From assembly GCA_039589315.1 (NCBI GenBank), contig JBDHHQ010000013.1:1-64000 (forward strand): a DNA stretch of 64,000 bases, in the 5' to 3' direction. A program made the position numbers and the translations under genes. The notes under the pieces are model-generated. The model saw only the letters and a list, made by a program, of their open reading frames with translations, was not told the origin of the DNA and ran no database searches. Positions 7,985 to 18,107 of the stretch are shown here, one piece after another (positions within the stretch are counted from its first letter, which is position 1; each line of letters opens with the position of its first letter). The stretch is from Gemmatimonadota bacterium. Lineage in GTDB: Bacteria > Gemmatimonadota > Gemmatimonadetes > Longimicrobiales > Gaopeijiaceae.

Positions 7985-10417
7985 TCAGGACCGCCGCACC
8001 GGCACCCACGCGAGCACCACGCGCCGCACGTCGACGTCCCGCTGCTTCGGCTGGATCTTCACCGAGTCGAGCTCCTCGGCGGCGGGATCGTAGCGGGATT
8101 CGAGGCCGTCGATCTCCTCGGCCAGGTCCCGCTCCAGCGCCTCGAGGCGTTCGATCCGAGCGCCGAGCGTGTCCTCGGCGCGGGCTACGTCCTGGGCTTC
8201 CTTCTGACTGCGGCTCACGCCCCTGGCTGCCCGCCCCGCCCTTCGCACGCCGCTCGATCTGCGGCCGAGGAATGCGGTGAGCAGCCCCTCTCCCACGAAC
8301 AGTGCCGTGTCGAGCTTCGCCCGACGGGCCTGGTCGCGCTCTCGATCGACCGCCGCCTCGGCGGTCCGGATCGACTCTTCGGCCCTCCTGATGCGCGCCT
8401 TGAACTTGGCCCGCAACGCATCGACCGCCTCGTCCCGACGCTCTCGCAGCTTCTCGGCCACGCGCACCCGGAACTCCCGTTCCGCCTCGCCCGGCTGGGA
8501 GGTCTCCCCCGCCGCTCGACTCGTCAGGAGCACGAGGGGCCGGGACCGGTACAGGTGGTCCCGGAGATCCCGCTCCCAGGCGGCGTAGCGATCCCCGTCT
8601 GCCAAGATGGGTGGCACGGCCTCGAAGCCCGCCTCGGGCAAGGGCTCCGCGTCGAGCCGGTCCGGATCGACACCGAACGGTCGGGCTTCGTCCCAGTGAA
8701 CGTCCAGATCCCCCGGCTCCACCTTCCGCAGGAGCACTACGTCTTCCCGGTGGTCGATGCCCTTCCGGGTGTCCCGGTAGAGCATGCGGGCCATCCCCAG
8801 GACCGCCGGCACGTATCGGAGGCTCTCGCCGTCCACGTCCGAGCGGGGGCGCACGAACGCCTGGGGCACGTCCGGGGGTAGCAACGGCCGGGCATCGGGC
8901 TGCGCGTCGGCCACCGCGGGGGCGGGGCTGACGGGAGCTCCGGCGGGCTCCCGCGCCGGAGGGGCGCTCACGGTGGCCGGTTCCGCCGGTCCCTCCGCTT
9001 CCGCGCCGTGGGCGAGCCCCCGGATCTGATCCCGCGTCAGCGGCCCGCGCAAGTACGACATGGCCCACCGGGTGTGGAACAGCTCCGGCGCGCCTTCGTG
9101 GACGTTGTGGAGGAGAAACACCCGCTTGCCGAGCCCGGAGAGGATCTCGTCCATCTCCGACCGGTCGAGAGATCCGCCCGCGACCCGGGCCGCACCTTCC
9201 AGCCCTTCGAGAACACGCAGCTTGTCCCGCTCGGTCTGCAGGCGGCCCAGGAACCACGTGCCAGCGTTCGAAATCCCCTTGTAGTCGAGATCGACCGGGT
9301 TCTGCGTCGCCAGCACGACCCCCACGCCGAAGGCGCGGGCCTGCTTCATCAGGGTCAGCAGCGGCTTCTTCGAGGGCGGCTCGGCCACCGGCGGCATGAA
9401 CCCGAAGATCTCGTCGATGTACACGAGAGCCCGCAGGCTCGTGGTGCCGGATTGGCTTCTCACCCACCCCAGCGTCTCGTTCAGGAGCAGCGACACGAAG
9501 AACATGCGCTCCGCATCGGAGAGATGGGCGATGGAGAAGATGGAGAGCCTGGGCTTGCCCGACGGCGAATGGAGCATCCGGCCGATGTCCAGCGGCGCCC
9601 CCTGGAGCCACACGTCGAAACCCGGGGCCGCCAGGAGGCTGTTGAGCGCCATGGCCAGCTGGAACCGGTCCTTCGCGGGGAAGAACGACTCCAGATCCAT
9701 CACGCCGACGCGCTGCACGGTGGGCTTCTGGATCCTGTGGATCAGTCCCTCCAGGTCCAGATCCAACCCCCGGCTCCACGCCTCGCGCAGGATGGTGGAG
9801 ATCAGGATGTGCTCCCGGCTCTGGAGCGGATCGGCGTCCATGTCCATGAGGGCCAGCAGGCTGGTCACGGTCGACTCGATGCGGTCGCCCAGCAGCTCCC
9901 GGTCCTCGCGGATCGCCGGCGGCGGTGCGGCGAACGACGACAGAATCGACACGGGCAGGCCAGCTGTGCTCCCCGGAGTATAGACGGTGAACTCGGCCGC
10001 GTCCTTGAGCCTGGCGATGCGAGCGCCGTCCTGACCCCAATCGGCCAGGCCGTTCCTCCACAGCTCCGCCTGCTGCCCGGCGAACTCCGCCGGCTCCAGT
10101 CCCCGACGGCGCGCCTGGTCCGGGTCGATCCACGGCTCGAAGTCGCCGGGCGCCAGGTCGGGGAAGGTGAGCAGGAGGTTCGCCAGGTCGCCTTTGGGAT
10201 CGACGATCAGCGCCGGCACCCCGTCCAGGGCCGCTTCCTCGAGCAGCGTGATGCAGAGACCGGTCTTTCCGCTTCCGGTCATTCCCACGCACACCGCATG
10301 GGTGGTGAGATCTCTCGAGTCGTACAGGGTGATACCCGGCGCCAACTCACCGGCGTCGAGGTCGTACGGTCGACCCAGGTAGAACTGCCCCAGCTTCTCG
10401 TAGATTGACGGATCCAC
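7985..10417 (-). CDS. HerA/FtsK-superfamily ATPase (DUF87/HerA-like) with C-terminal coiled coil
   Basis: Walker A GMTGSGKT; IVDPKGD; Walker B VYIDE; KQARAFGVGVVLATQNPVDLD. Confidence 0.88.
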   Translation of the reverse strand: MDPSIYEKLGQFYLGRPYDLDAGELAPGITLYDSRDLTTHAVCVGMTGSGKTGLCITLLEEAALDGVPALIVDPKGDLANLLLTFPDLAPGDFEPWIDPDQARRRGLEPAEFAGQQAELWRNGLADWGQDGARIARLKDAAEFTVYTPGSTAGLPVSILSSFAAPPPAIREDRELLGDRIESTVTSLLALMDMDADPLQSREHILISTILREAWSRGLDLDLEGLIHRIQKPTVQRVGVMDLESFFPAKDRFQLAMALNSLLAAPGFDVWLQGAPLDIGRMLHSPSGKPRLSIFSIAHLSDAERMFFVSLLLNETLGWVRSQSGTTSLRALVYIDEIFGFMPPVAEPPSKKPLLTLMKQARAFGVGVVLATQNPVDLDYKGISNAGTWFLGRLQTERDKLRVLEGLEGAARVAGGSLDRSEMDEILSGLGKRVFLLHNVHEGAPELFHTRWAMSYLRGPLTRDQIRGLAHGAEAEGPAEPATVSAPPAREPAGAPVSPAPAVADAQPDARPLLPPDVPQAFVRPRSDVDGESLRYVPAVLGMARMLYRDTRKGIDHREDVVLLRKVEPGDLDVHWDEARPFGVDPDRLDAEPLPEAGFEAVPPILADGDRYAAWERDLRDHLYRSRPLVLLTSRAAGETSQPGEAEREFRVRVAEKLRERRDEAVDALRAKFKARIRRAEESIRTAEAAVDRERDQARRAKLDTALFVGEGLLTAFLGRRSSGVRRAGRAARGVSRSQKEAQDVARAEDTLGARIERLEALERDLAEEIDGLESRYDPAAEELDSVKIQPKQRDVDVRRVVLAWVPVRRS

Positions 10418-10631
10418 TCGGTCTTTCTCCTATTCCCAAGGGGATGGCCCCGCTAACTGGCCGTTCGGTACGCCCTGGGTCAAGAGAGCACGGCCCGCTG
10501 CTCCCGTCCCGGCTCGCGTGGCCCGCTGCGTGAAGGCACCACGGCCGCGACGCGTATAGTCCGTCGACCGGGGTCGCCGTGCGCGATGCGTGGCGGTGAG
10601 CCCACCCCCAGGGTCCAACACGGAGCACACA

Positions 10632-11273
10632 GTGACGGAATCGTCGACCAACGGCCGAGCCCGGGCACTCCGGGACCGGCTTCCCGGACTGGTGATCGAG
10701 GGCGTCTCCGTCGCATTCGCGGTTCTGCTGGCTCTCGCGGTGGACGAATGGCGGGAAGACCGGTCGAACCGACAGCTCGGTGCCCGGGCCGAGGCCAGCG
10801 TCCTGGCCGAGGTCCGGACCAACATGGAGCGCCTGGATGAGAACGCCGCCGCGCGAGACAGCCTTTTGACCTACCTGGCCGGCGTCCGCGCGGCGCTGGA
10901 GCGCGACAAAGAGCTGGGCTCGATCTCGGTCGACTTCACCCCGGCGTTTCTCGCCACCACGGCCTGGGAGACCGCCCGCGTGACCCGCGCCGTCCACTTC
11001 ATGGACTACGACCGGGTGGCCCGCATGGGACGCCTGTACGACTTCCAGAACCTGTACGAGCGGTCCGAGGAGAGCTTCGTCGAGCGCGTCTCGGGCATCG
11101 GTGGCGAGGACTGGAGCGATCCGGCGGAGACCGTGCAGTCCCTCGAGCGGGACCTGGCCCGGGTGGACGCCTTCGGCGACGAGCTCCAGGAGGTCTACGG
11201 CCGGATCCTGGAGCTCGGCTTCGACGCCTCCGTAGACGAGGAGGAAACCCGTCGGGTAGAACTCGGGAGATGA
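10632..11273 (+). CDS. Membrane-anchored hypothetical protein
   Basis: GGAG RBS plus GTG 10632; TM segment IEGVSVAFAVLLALAVDEW followed by a helical domain. Confidence 0.8.
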   Translation: MTESSTNGRARALRDRLPGLVIEGVSVAFAVLLALAVDEWREDRSNRQLGARAEASVLAEVRTNMERLDENAAARDSLLTYLAGVRAALERDKELGSISVDFTPAFLATTAWETARVTRAVHFMDYDRVARMGRLYDFQNLYERSEESFVERVSGIGGEDWSDPAETVQSLERDLARVDAFGDELQEVYGRILELGFDASVDEEETRRVELGR

Positions 11274-11316
11274 CCAGAGGGTCGCCGGCCCGATGGCCCC
11301 TCCTCACGGACCGCCG

Positions 11317-11826
11317 ATGAGCTCGCCGAGAAGCCAGATCACCTTCATGATCGTCGCGGCCGCCCTGATCCTCGTGGCGAGCCGGGTCTACCGAGCCACG
11401 CGCCCGCCATCGCCTTCCGAGCAGCTGGCGCCGCTGCGTGAGGAGCTGGCCCTCTTTCGGGCCGCTGCCGACTCGTGCAACGACGCGTATGCCGTGACGG
11501 AGGCGGACTTTCGCCTGTACGAGGCCAGGGTCGATTCGCTCCGGCAGGCCGTCCGGCACTACGAGGCTCTGGACCCCAACGGGGTCCCGGGCGAGGAGTA
11601 CCCCGAGTACCTCGAGACCTTCGATGCCTACAACGAGGCCGTACCGGAATGGGAGGCTCGCACCGACGCCCTCGAGGCGCAGCGTGATCGGTGTCGCTCG
11701 CTGACCGAGCAGCACAACGCCCTGGCCGACTCGGCCCGCGGTCGCCTCATCGATCTGGGACGCTGGCCCGATGATACGCTGGGCTTCCCCTCGGCCCCGT
11801 CCGAGGGCGACCCGGACCGCCGCTAG
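11317..11826 (+). CDS. Hypothetical protein with N-terminal anchor and helical domain
   Basis: Hydrophobic ITFMIVAAALILVA, two Cys, co-oriented with neighbours. Confidence 0.75.
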   Translation: MSSPRSQITFMIVAAALILVASRVYRATRPPSPSEQLAPLREELALFRAAADSCNDAYAVTEADFRLYEARVDSLRQAVRHYEALDPNGVPGEEYPEYLETFDAYNEAVPEWEARTDALEAQRDRCRSLTEQHNALADSARGRLIDLGRWPDDTLGFPSAPSEGDPDRR

Positions 11827-11830
11827 TGTC

Positions 11831-12829
11831 GTGACCGACGCCGACGCCCCGACGCTGGACGCCCGCGTCGACCGTCTGTACCGGCGGCCGCTGGGAGACT
11901 TCACGCGGGCTCGGAACGAGCTCTCGAAGGAGCTCTCGCGAGAGGGCGCCCGGGACGACGCGGCCCGGGTCAAGGCCCTGAAGAAGCCCTCGGTGACGGC
12001 GTGGGGTGCCAACCAGGTGGTCCATCACTACCCGGAGGCGTGGGCCGAGCTCCTGGAAGCGACGGACCAGGTCCGGGCCGCTCACGCCGGCGGGGTGGCC
12101 GACCTGGCACCGGCCCTCGAACGCCGGAAGCGGGCCCTGGCCGCTGCCGTCGAAGCGGCGGCCGGAGTCCTGAGCCGTGCCGGCCACCCTCCGGGCCCGC
12201 CACAGCTACGCAAGGTGGGCAACACGTTGGACGCCCTGGCCTCGGGCGTCGCCGTGGAGACTCCCGGGCGTGTCGTGCAGGACCTGGAAGCTCCGGGCTT
12301 CGGCGCGCTGGCCGGGCTCGCCTTCGCCTCCCCGCCGGCCGGTAGGGCGAGCACCGGCTCTGCGGCACCCCCAGGCTCGCGACCTCGCGGTGCGTCCCGG
12401 AGGGTCCCGGCCGCGAAGGCGAAGCGCGGGGACAAGGAGGGTAGGACGGTCGGCGCCCGCCAGAAGGCCCGGGCCGACGAGGAGCGAGCACGCAAGCGGG
12501 CGGCCGACGAACGACGGGCCAATGCACAGGCGGCGGCAGCCCGGGCACGCGACGCCGTGCAGCGGCTCGAGGGCGAGCTGGAGGTGGCGGCCCAGGGGCG
12601 GAGGACGGCGGAGCGGCAGCACGGCGACTCCGGGGCCGCCCTCGCCGCGGCCCGGAGCGCCGTCGAGGAGGCCCGCAGGAAGCTCGGTGAAGCTCAGGCT
12701 TCGGAGGCGAGCCTCCGCCGAAGGGCCGAGAAGCTCCGCGGGGCCGAAAGCCGGGCCGACGCCGCGCTGGCGGAGGCGCGGGCGACGTTGGCGAAGGCCC
12801 TCGCTACCCTCGAGAAGACGAGCTCCTGA
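11831..12829 (+). CDS. Hypothetical Ala/Arg-rich coiled-coil protein
   Basis: LY..PL.DFT.ARN.L...KKPSVTAW..N N-terminal pattern, then a long coiled coil. Confidence 0.75.
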   Translation: MTDADAPTLDARVDRLYRRPLGDFTRARNELSKELSREGARDDAARVKALKKPSVTAWGANQVVHHYPEAWAELLEATDQVRAAHAGGVADLAPALERRKRALAAAVEAAAGVLSRAGHPPGPPQLRKVGNTLDALASGVAVETPGRVVQDLEAPGFGALAGLAFASPPAGRASTGSAAPPGSRPRGASRRVPAAKAKRGDKEGRTVGARQKARADEERARKRAADERRANAQAAAARARDAVQRLEGELEVAAQGRRTAERQHGDSGAALAAARSAVEEARRKLGEAQASEASLRRRAEKLRGAESRADAALAEARATLAKALATLEKTSS

Positions 12830-12836
12830 AAGCGGG

Positions 12837-15800
12837 CTAGCCGCCCGGCCGCCGAGGCACGTCCATGGGCGTCGAAGTCTCGGGCTCGAGGCCCTCGTCC
12901 TCCAGGCGTCGCCTGAGCTCCGGTACCCGGTCCGCGACCAGCGCGTTCACGCGCTCGATGATGCTCGGGGCGCGCTCCCACGCCCGGTCGATCTCCCAGA
13001 GCTGATCGTCGGTCGGCCGCGTCGTCGATCCCTCGAGGGCCGAGCGCATCCGACCTGGAGAGAAGTCGTCCAGGTCCTCTTCCAGGGCGTCCAGCTCGGC
13101 CTCGATGCTGTCGGCCTCCTCCGTGATCCGGTCAGGCGTCGCGTCACCGAACTCCTCGAGGATTCCCCGCAGGCGATCCAGCTCCTCGCGGGCCGCCGTG
13201 ACCCGCTCCTCGGCCTCGTGGAACGGCCCGGCCAGCGCATGCACAGCCATGACCGCGTCGTGGCGCGCCTGGCGATCCTCGGGGGAGATCCCGATGCGAG
13301 GATCCGCCTCCACCGACAGGCGCGTCGTCCACTCGCTCTCCGTGGCCGCCAGGGTCGCCGTGTACTGCCCGGGCATCACCAGGGGGCCACGGGCGCCTCC
13401 ACCGAAGAAGCCCTCGTCCGCGTCGTCCGCCTCGTAGGGCGGATCCATGCGCAGGTCCCAGACCACCTGGTGGAGTCCCGCCGAGCCGGGCCCCTCCAGC
13501 GTGCGTACCACGGTCCCGGAGGCGTCGGCAATCCGGATGGAGACGCCGCTGTCCTCGGTCCCATCCGCCACGGCCTGCGGCTCGGCGTCGCCTTCGACGG
13601 CCCCGCCGTCGTACGCCGCCTCGGGCCGCTCTGCGTCCTCGGCCGCGTCCGTCACCTGGCTGTCCCCACTCAGCGGGGCGCCCAGGCTGTAGCGGAGGAC
13701 TACGCCGTCCGGCGGATTCTCGCCCTGGAACTCGTCGCCCCAGAACGGCCAGCCACCGGAACGGTTGGCTTGTCGGGCCGCCCTGGGCGCGAAGAGGTGG
13801 GTGTCAGCCGCCAGCACCGCCTCGTCCGTGAGGGCCTCCAGCACGCCCAGATCGTCCAGGATCCAGATGCTCCGGCCGTGGGTGCCCACGACCAGGTCGT
13901 TGGCGCGGGGGTGGATCTCGATGTCGTCGACCGGGACGGTCGGTAGTCCCCCCAGCCTGTCCCACGCGCCGCCGGCGTCGAGGGACACGTACACGCCCAC
14001 CTCGTTCGCCACGAAGAGCAGATCCGTGGAGCGGGGGTGTTCCTTGACCCGGTTCACCGACCAGTCCGGAAGACCTGCGGAGATCCGCCGCCAGGAGTCG
14101 CCGCCGTCCTCGCTGACGTAGACGTAGGGCCCGTAGTCGTCGTTTCGGTGCCCGTCGAACGAGGCGTACACGCGCCCCTCCACCACCGACGGCTCGATGC
14201 CGCTCACGTAGGTCCGCTCCGGCAGCCCGGGAAAGCGGCCCGTCAGATCCGTCCACGTGGCCCCGGCGTCGCCGGTGCGTTGAACGTTGCCGTCGTCTGT
14301 GCCGACGAAGAGCACGTCGGCCGTATGCCGGGACTCGCCGATGGCCGTGATGGTGCCGTAGTGGCGGATCCCGTCGTTGCCGGACAGCGTCTCGTCGGTG
14401 ACTTCGGCGCCCATGATCAGCAGCGTGTCCCGATCGATGTTCCGGGTGAGATCGGGGCTCGCCTGCTCCCAGCTCCGGCCCCGGTTCCGGGAGCGGAGCA
14501 GGTGGTTGGCGCCGATGTACACGGTGGCCGGGTCGTGGGCCGAGACGACGACGGGGGCGTTCCAGTTGAAGCGGTACGCCCGCTCCTCGTCGGCGTCGGT
14601 GGGCCGAGCCACGGGACGGATGCGGGCCGATTCCCCGGTCCGCGCGTCGTACCGGGAGAGGTTGCCGCCCTGGGACTCGGTGTAGATGACGTCCGGGTCT
14701 GAAGGATCGACCACGTTGTAGAAGCCGTCACCGCCCGACACGTCCACCCAGTCGCCATTCCGGATCCCGTAGTCGGACATGGTGTTGTGGGGCGCGCACC
14801 AGGAGGAGTTGTCCTGGAGCCCGCCGCACACCCGGTACGGGTCGCTCATGTCCACTCCGACCTCGTAGAACTGCCCAAGGGCCAGGTTGTCGATCTGGCG
14901 CCACGTCTCGGCCCGGTCCCACGAGGTCGCCAACCCACCGTCGTTGCCGAGAATCAAATGGTTCGAATTGGCCGGGTCGATCCACAGCGCGTGGTGGTCG
15001 ACATGGATGCCACGGGCCCCGTCCTCCCGCCCGAAGGTCTTCCCACCGTCGTCGGAGACGCCGAAACGGACCCCGCCGATGTAGATCCGATTGGGATCGT
15101 TGGGGTCGATGCGGATCATGGAGAAGTACATGGGGCGGGGGTTGGTCTCCCCCACCTTCTCCCACGTGTCGCCGCGGTCACGACTCCGGTAGATACCCCT
15201 GCCGGCATCCTCTCGGGCCTCCACGATGGCGTACACCAGGTTGCCGTCCCGCCGGTGGATGTCCAGCCCGATGCGCCCCTTGTATCCCTCCGGCAGGCCC
15301 TCGGTGAGCTCGACCCACGAGTCCCCGCCGTCGAGGGTGCGCCAGATTCCGCTGCCCGAACCGTCGGCGCTGAAGCCCCACCCGGTCCGCCGGCGCTGAT
15401 ACATGGCCGCGATCAGGGTCTCGGGATCGCCCGGGTCCATGACCAGGTCGATGGCCCCGGTGTTCTCGTCGAGGTAGAGTACCCGCTCCCACGTCCGGCC
15501 CCCGTCGGTCGTCCGGTAGACCCCCCGCTCCGGATTGGGGCCCCACAGGTGCCCCACGGCCGCGACGTAGACCACGTCCGGATCGCGGGGGTGGATGACC
15601 ACCGCCCCCACGTGCCGGGTTTCGCGTAGGCCCATGTGGGACCAGGTCCGTCCCCCGTCCATGGACTTGAACACCCCGTCGCCCCACGGCGAGCTCTGGC
15701 GGTTCTGGGGCTCTCCCGTGCCCACCCACAGGATGTTGGGGTTGGACGGGGCCAGGGCCAGCGCACCCACCGAGGCGGTGGATTGGTCGTCGAAGACCGG

Positions 15801-16115
15801 TGCCCAGCTCTGACCGTGGTTCGTGGTCTTCCACACCCCACCGGTAGCGGCGCCGACAAAGAAATGGGCCGGGTTGGCTTCGTTCACGGCCAGATCGCTG
15901 ATGCGGCCACCCATGACGGCGGGCCCGATCTCCCTGAGTGAAAGATCCGCCAAGAGCCGTTCGGCTTCTTGAGCCGCCAACGGACCGCCTGGAGCCTGGC
16001 TCGCCACAGCGGCCAGTGCTGTCCATGCGACCCACTCCCGGGCCCACGACCTGCCACGGCGTGGCCCGCGCCTGCCCGCTGCCTCGACGCGCCGTGCGTC
16101 TTGCGTCCGACTCAT
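12837..16115 (-). CDS. BNR/Asp-box repeat (VPS10/sortilin-like) glycosyl hydrolase-like protein
   Basis: REIGPA.MGGRISD; repeated S/T.DGG.TW Asp-boxes; GGLQDN; GGDGF; GTHGRSIWILDD. Confidence 0.9.
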   Translation of the reverse strand: MSRTQDARRVEAAGRRGPRRGRSWAREWVAWTALAAVASQAPGGPLAAQEAERLLADLSLREIGPAVMGGRISDLAVNEANPAHFFVGAATGGVWKTTNHGQSWAPVFDDQSTASVGALALAPSNPNILWVGTGEPQNRQSSPWGDGVFKSMDGGRTWSHMGLRETRHVGAVVIHPRDPDVVYVAAVGHLWGPNPERGVYRTTDGGRTWERVLYLDENTGAIDLVMDPGDPETLIAAMYQRRRTGWGFSADGSGSGIWRTLDGGDSWVELTEGLPEGYKGRIGLDIHRRDGNLVYAIVEAREDAGRGIYRSRDRGDTWEKVGETNPRPMYFSMIRIDPNDPNRIYIGGVRFGVSDDGGKTFGREDGARGIHVDHHALWIDPANSNHLILGNDGGLATSWDRAETWRQIDNLALGQFYEVGVDMSDPYRVCGGLQDNSSWCAPHNTMSDYGIRNGDWVDVSGGDGFYNVVDPSDPDVIYTESQGGNLSRYDARTGESARIRPVARPTDADEERAYRFNWNAPVVVSAHDPATVYIGANHLLRSRNRGRSWEQASPDLTRNIDRDTLLIMGAEVTDETLSGNDGIRHYGTITAIGESRHTADVLFVGTDDGNVQRTGDAGATWTDLTGRFPGLPERTYVSGIEPSVVEGRVYASFDGHRNDDYGPYVYVSEDGGDSWRRISAGLPDWSVNRVKEHPRSTDLLFVANEVGVYVSLDAGGAWDRLGGLPTVPVDDIEIHPRANDLVVGTHGRSIWILDDLGVLEALTDEAVLAADTHLFAPRAARQANRSGGWPFWGDEFQGENPPDGVVLRYSLGAPLSGDSQVTDAAEDAERPEAAYDGGAVEGDAEPQAVADGTEDSGVSIRIADASGTVVRTLEGPGSAGLHQVVWDLRMDPPYEADDADEGFFGGGARGPLVMPGQYTATLAATESEWTTRLSVEADPRIGISPEDRQARHDAVMAVHALAGPFHEAEERVTAAREELDRLRGILEEFGDATPDRITEEADSIEAELDALEEDLDDFSPGRMRSALEGSTTRPTDDQLWEIDRAWERAPSIIERVNALVADRVPELRRRLEDEGLEPETSTPMDVPRRPGG

Positions 16116-16347
16116 GAGCGCCTCTCCCGGCTCTCGAAAGAGCGCGTTGGAGTCCCTGCGGGACCTGACCGCGCCGGCCCGGCGCTCCGTCACCCCTCCG
16201 GAACGCATCGTAGCCACGGATTGTAGGCACGGGGGCGGATTCCGGTCAAAAGGGGCCGAAGCGGGTCCGACGCCTTGCTCCCCGACCGGGCCGTCCGGCA
16301 TCTTCGAACGGACGGGCGGTGTCCTCGTTCCACGATCCCCGGTGCAC

Positions 16348-18060
16348 ATGACCCACCTCCCCAGACGACTCAGCGCCTTCTTCGGCGAGCTGAAGCGGAG
16401 GCACGTCATCCAGGTGGGCATCGGCTACGCCGCCGTCGCCTTCGTGCTCATCGAAGCGGCGAACAACATCCTCCCCGTCCTGGGCGTGTCCGAGGCTTGG
16501 GTCCGCTTCGTCGTGGTGTTGGGGCTGCTGGGGTTCCCCGTGGCCCTGACGCTGGCGTGGATCTTCGACGTCAAGCCCGGGGGCGTGGTGAAGACCGAGC
16601 CTCTCCTGGGCGCGGGCACGAGCGATTCTTCGCGGCGTATCAGTCACGAGACCCGGTTCGAGGCAAAGGCCCTGGACCCCAAGACCGTGGCCGTTCTGCC
16701 CTTCGCCAACATCGGAGGCAACGAAGAGGACGACTACTTCAGCGACGGGATCACCGAGGAGCTCATCGCCAACCTGTCCAGAATCCGGGACCTCAAGGTC
16801 GTCTCCAGGACGTCGGTCATGGTGTACAAGCACGAACAGGCCAACGTTCGGAGGATCGGTCTGGACCTGGGCGCGGGATCCGTGGTCGAGGGCTCGGTGC
16901 GGCGGTCCGACGGCCGGGTCCGCATCGTGGCACAGCTCATCGACGCCCGCACGGACGAGCACCTCTGGGCGGACAAGTACGACCGGTCGCTGGAGGACAT
17001 CTTCGCGATCCAGTCCGACGTGGCCGAGAGCATCGCCACGGCCCTGAAGGCCGAGCTCTCGCCGTCTGTGGCGGCCCGTATCGAGCGACGCGCCACGGTG
17101 GACATGGAGGCCTACGACCTGTATCTGAAGGGCCGTTTCCTCACCAACCTGCGTACCGAAGACGGGTTGCGGAGCGGTGTCGAGTTCCTCGAGGAAGCCA
17201 TCGGTCGCGACCCCTTGTACTCGCTGGCCTACGCGGGGCTCGCGGACTCCTTTCTCCTTCAGGGGCTCTACAACGCGGAGCGTCCGGAGCTGGTCATGCC
17301 CCGGGCCAAGACCGCCGCCCAGAAGGCTCTGAGCCTCGATCCTGGTCTCGGCGAGGCCCTGACCTCGCTGGCGTGCATCCACTCCATCTACGATTGGGAC
17401 TGGGCGACGGCGGAGGTCGAGTTCAGGCGGGCCATCCTGGCGAACCCTCGCTACCCGACCGCCCACCAGTGGTTCGCCATGAACCACCTGGCCCCCAGGG
17501 GCCGGTTCGAGGAAGCCCACCGGGAGCTGCGCCTGGGCCAAGACCTCGATCCCCTCTCCCCGGTCCTCGAAGCCAGCCGCGCCTTCATGCTGTTCCTGGA
17601 GGATCGCCAGGACGAGGCCGAGCATGTCCTGCGCAAGCTTCTTTCGGCCGACCCCGGCTTCGTCCTCGCCCATCAGTTCCTCGGGAACGTCCTGGACCGA
17701 CAGGGGCGCCACGACGAGGCCATAGACGCCTACCGGTCCGTGGAGGCCGTGCGCGGGCGAGCCACGGACGTCGTCACTGCCCTGGGGGAGGCCTACGCGC
17801 GGGCGGGTCGGCTGGATGAGGCCCGGGCAGCGCGGGACGAGCTCATCGCCGCCGGCGAGGAGCGTTACGTGTCGCCAGGGCGGATCGGCCAGGTGTGCCT
17901 CGCCCTGGGAGAGCACGACCAGGCCTTCGAATGGTGGCACCGGGCCGTGGACGTCAGGGCCGTGGACCTGATCTGGCTCGAGGTCATGCCCCACCACCAG
18001 GACCTCCGCGGGGATGCCCGGTTCCAGGAGCTCCTGGCACACGTCGGGCTGGCCGACTGA
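16348..18060 (+). CDS. Membrane-anchored TolB-like domain/TPR protein
   Basis: ELKRRHV plus two TM segments; VAVLPFAN...YFSDGITEELI..L...LKVVSRTS; EGSVRR...RVRIVAQLID; TPR repeats. Confidence 0.9.
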   Translation: MTHLPRRLSAFFGELKRRHVIQVGIGYAAVAFVLIEAANNILPVLGVSEAWVRFVVVLGLLGFPVALTLAWIFDVKPGGVVKTEPLLGAGTSDSSRRISHETRFEAKALDPKTVAVLPFANIGGNEEDDYFSDGITEELIANLSRIRDLKVVSRTSVMVYKHEQANVRRIGLDLGAGSVVEGSVRRSDGRVRIVAQLIDARTDEHLWADKYDRSLEDIFAIQSDVAESIATALKAELSPSVAARIERRATVDMEAYDLYLKGRFLTNLRTEDGLRSGVEFLEEAIGRDPLYSLAYAGLADSFLLQGLYNAERPELVMPRAKTAAQKALSLDPGLGEALTSLACIHSIYDWDWATAEVEFRRAILANPRYPTAHQWFAMNHLAPRGRFEEAHRELRLGQDLDPLSPVLEASRAFMLFLEDRQDEAEHVLRKLLSADPGFVLAHQFLGNVLDRQGRHDEAIDAYRSVEAVRGRATDVVTALGEAYARAGRLDEARAARDELIAAGEERYVSPGRIGQVCLALGEHDQAFEWWHRAVDVRAVDLIWLEVMPHHQDLRGDARFQELLAHVGLAD

Positions 18061-18107
18061 TGCCCCGACGCCGACGATGCTCGGGCGGTCGGGAGCAGTA
18101 GACGCCG

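Noticed and set aside
7869..10292. 807-aa Arg/Gly-rich ORF
   Set aside because: Alternative-frame shadow of the HerA-like ATPase.
7985..12829. Known HerA-based defence system (Sir2-HerA, HerA-NurA)
   Set aside because: No sirtuin or nuclease motifs in adjacent genes.
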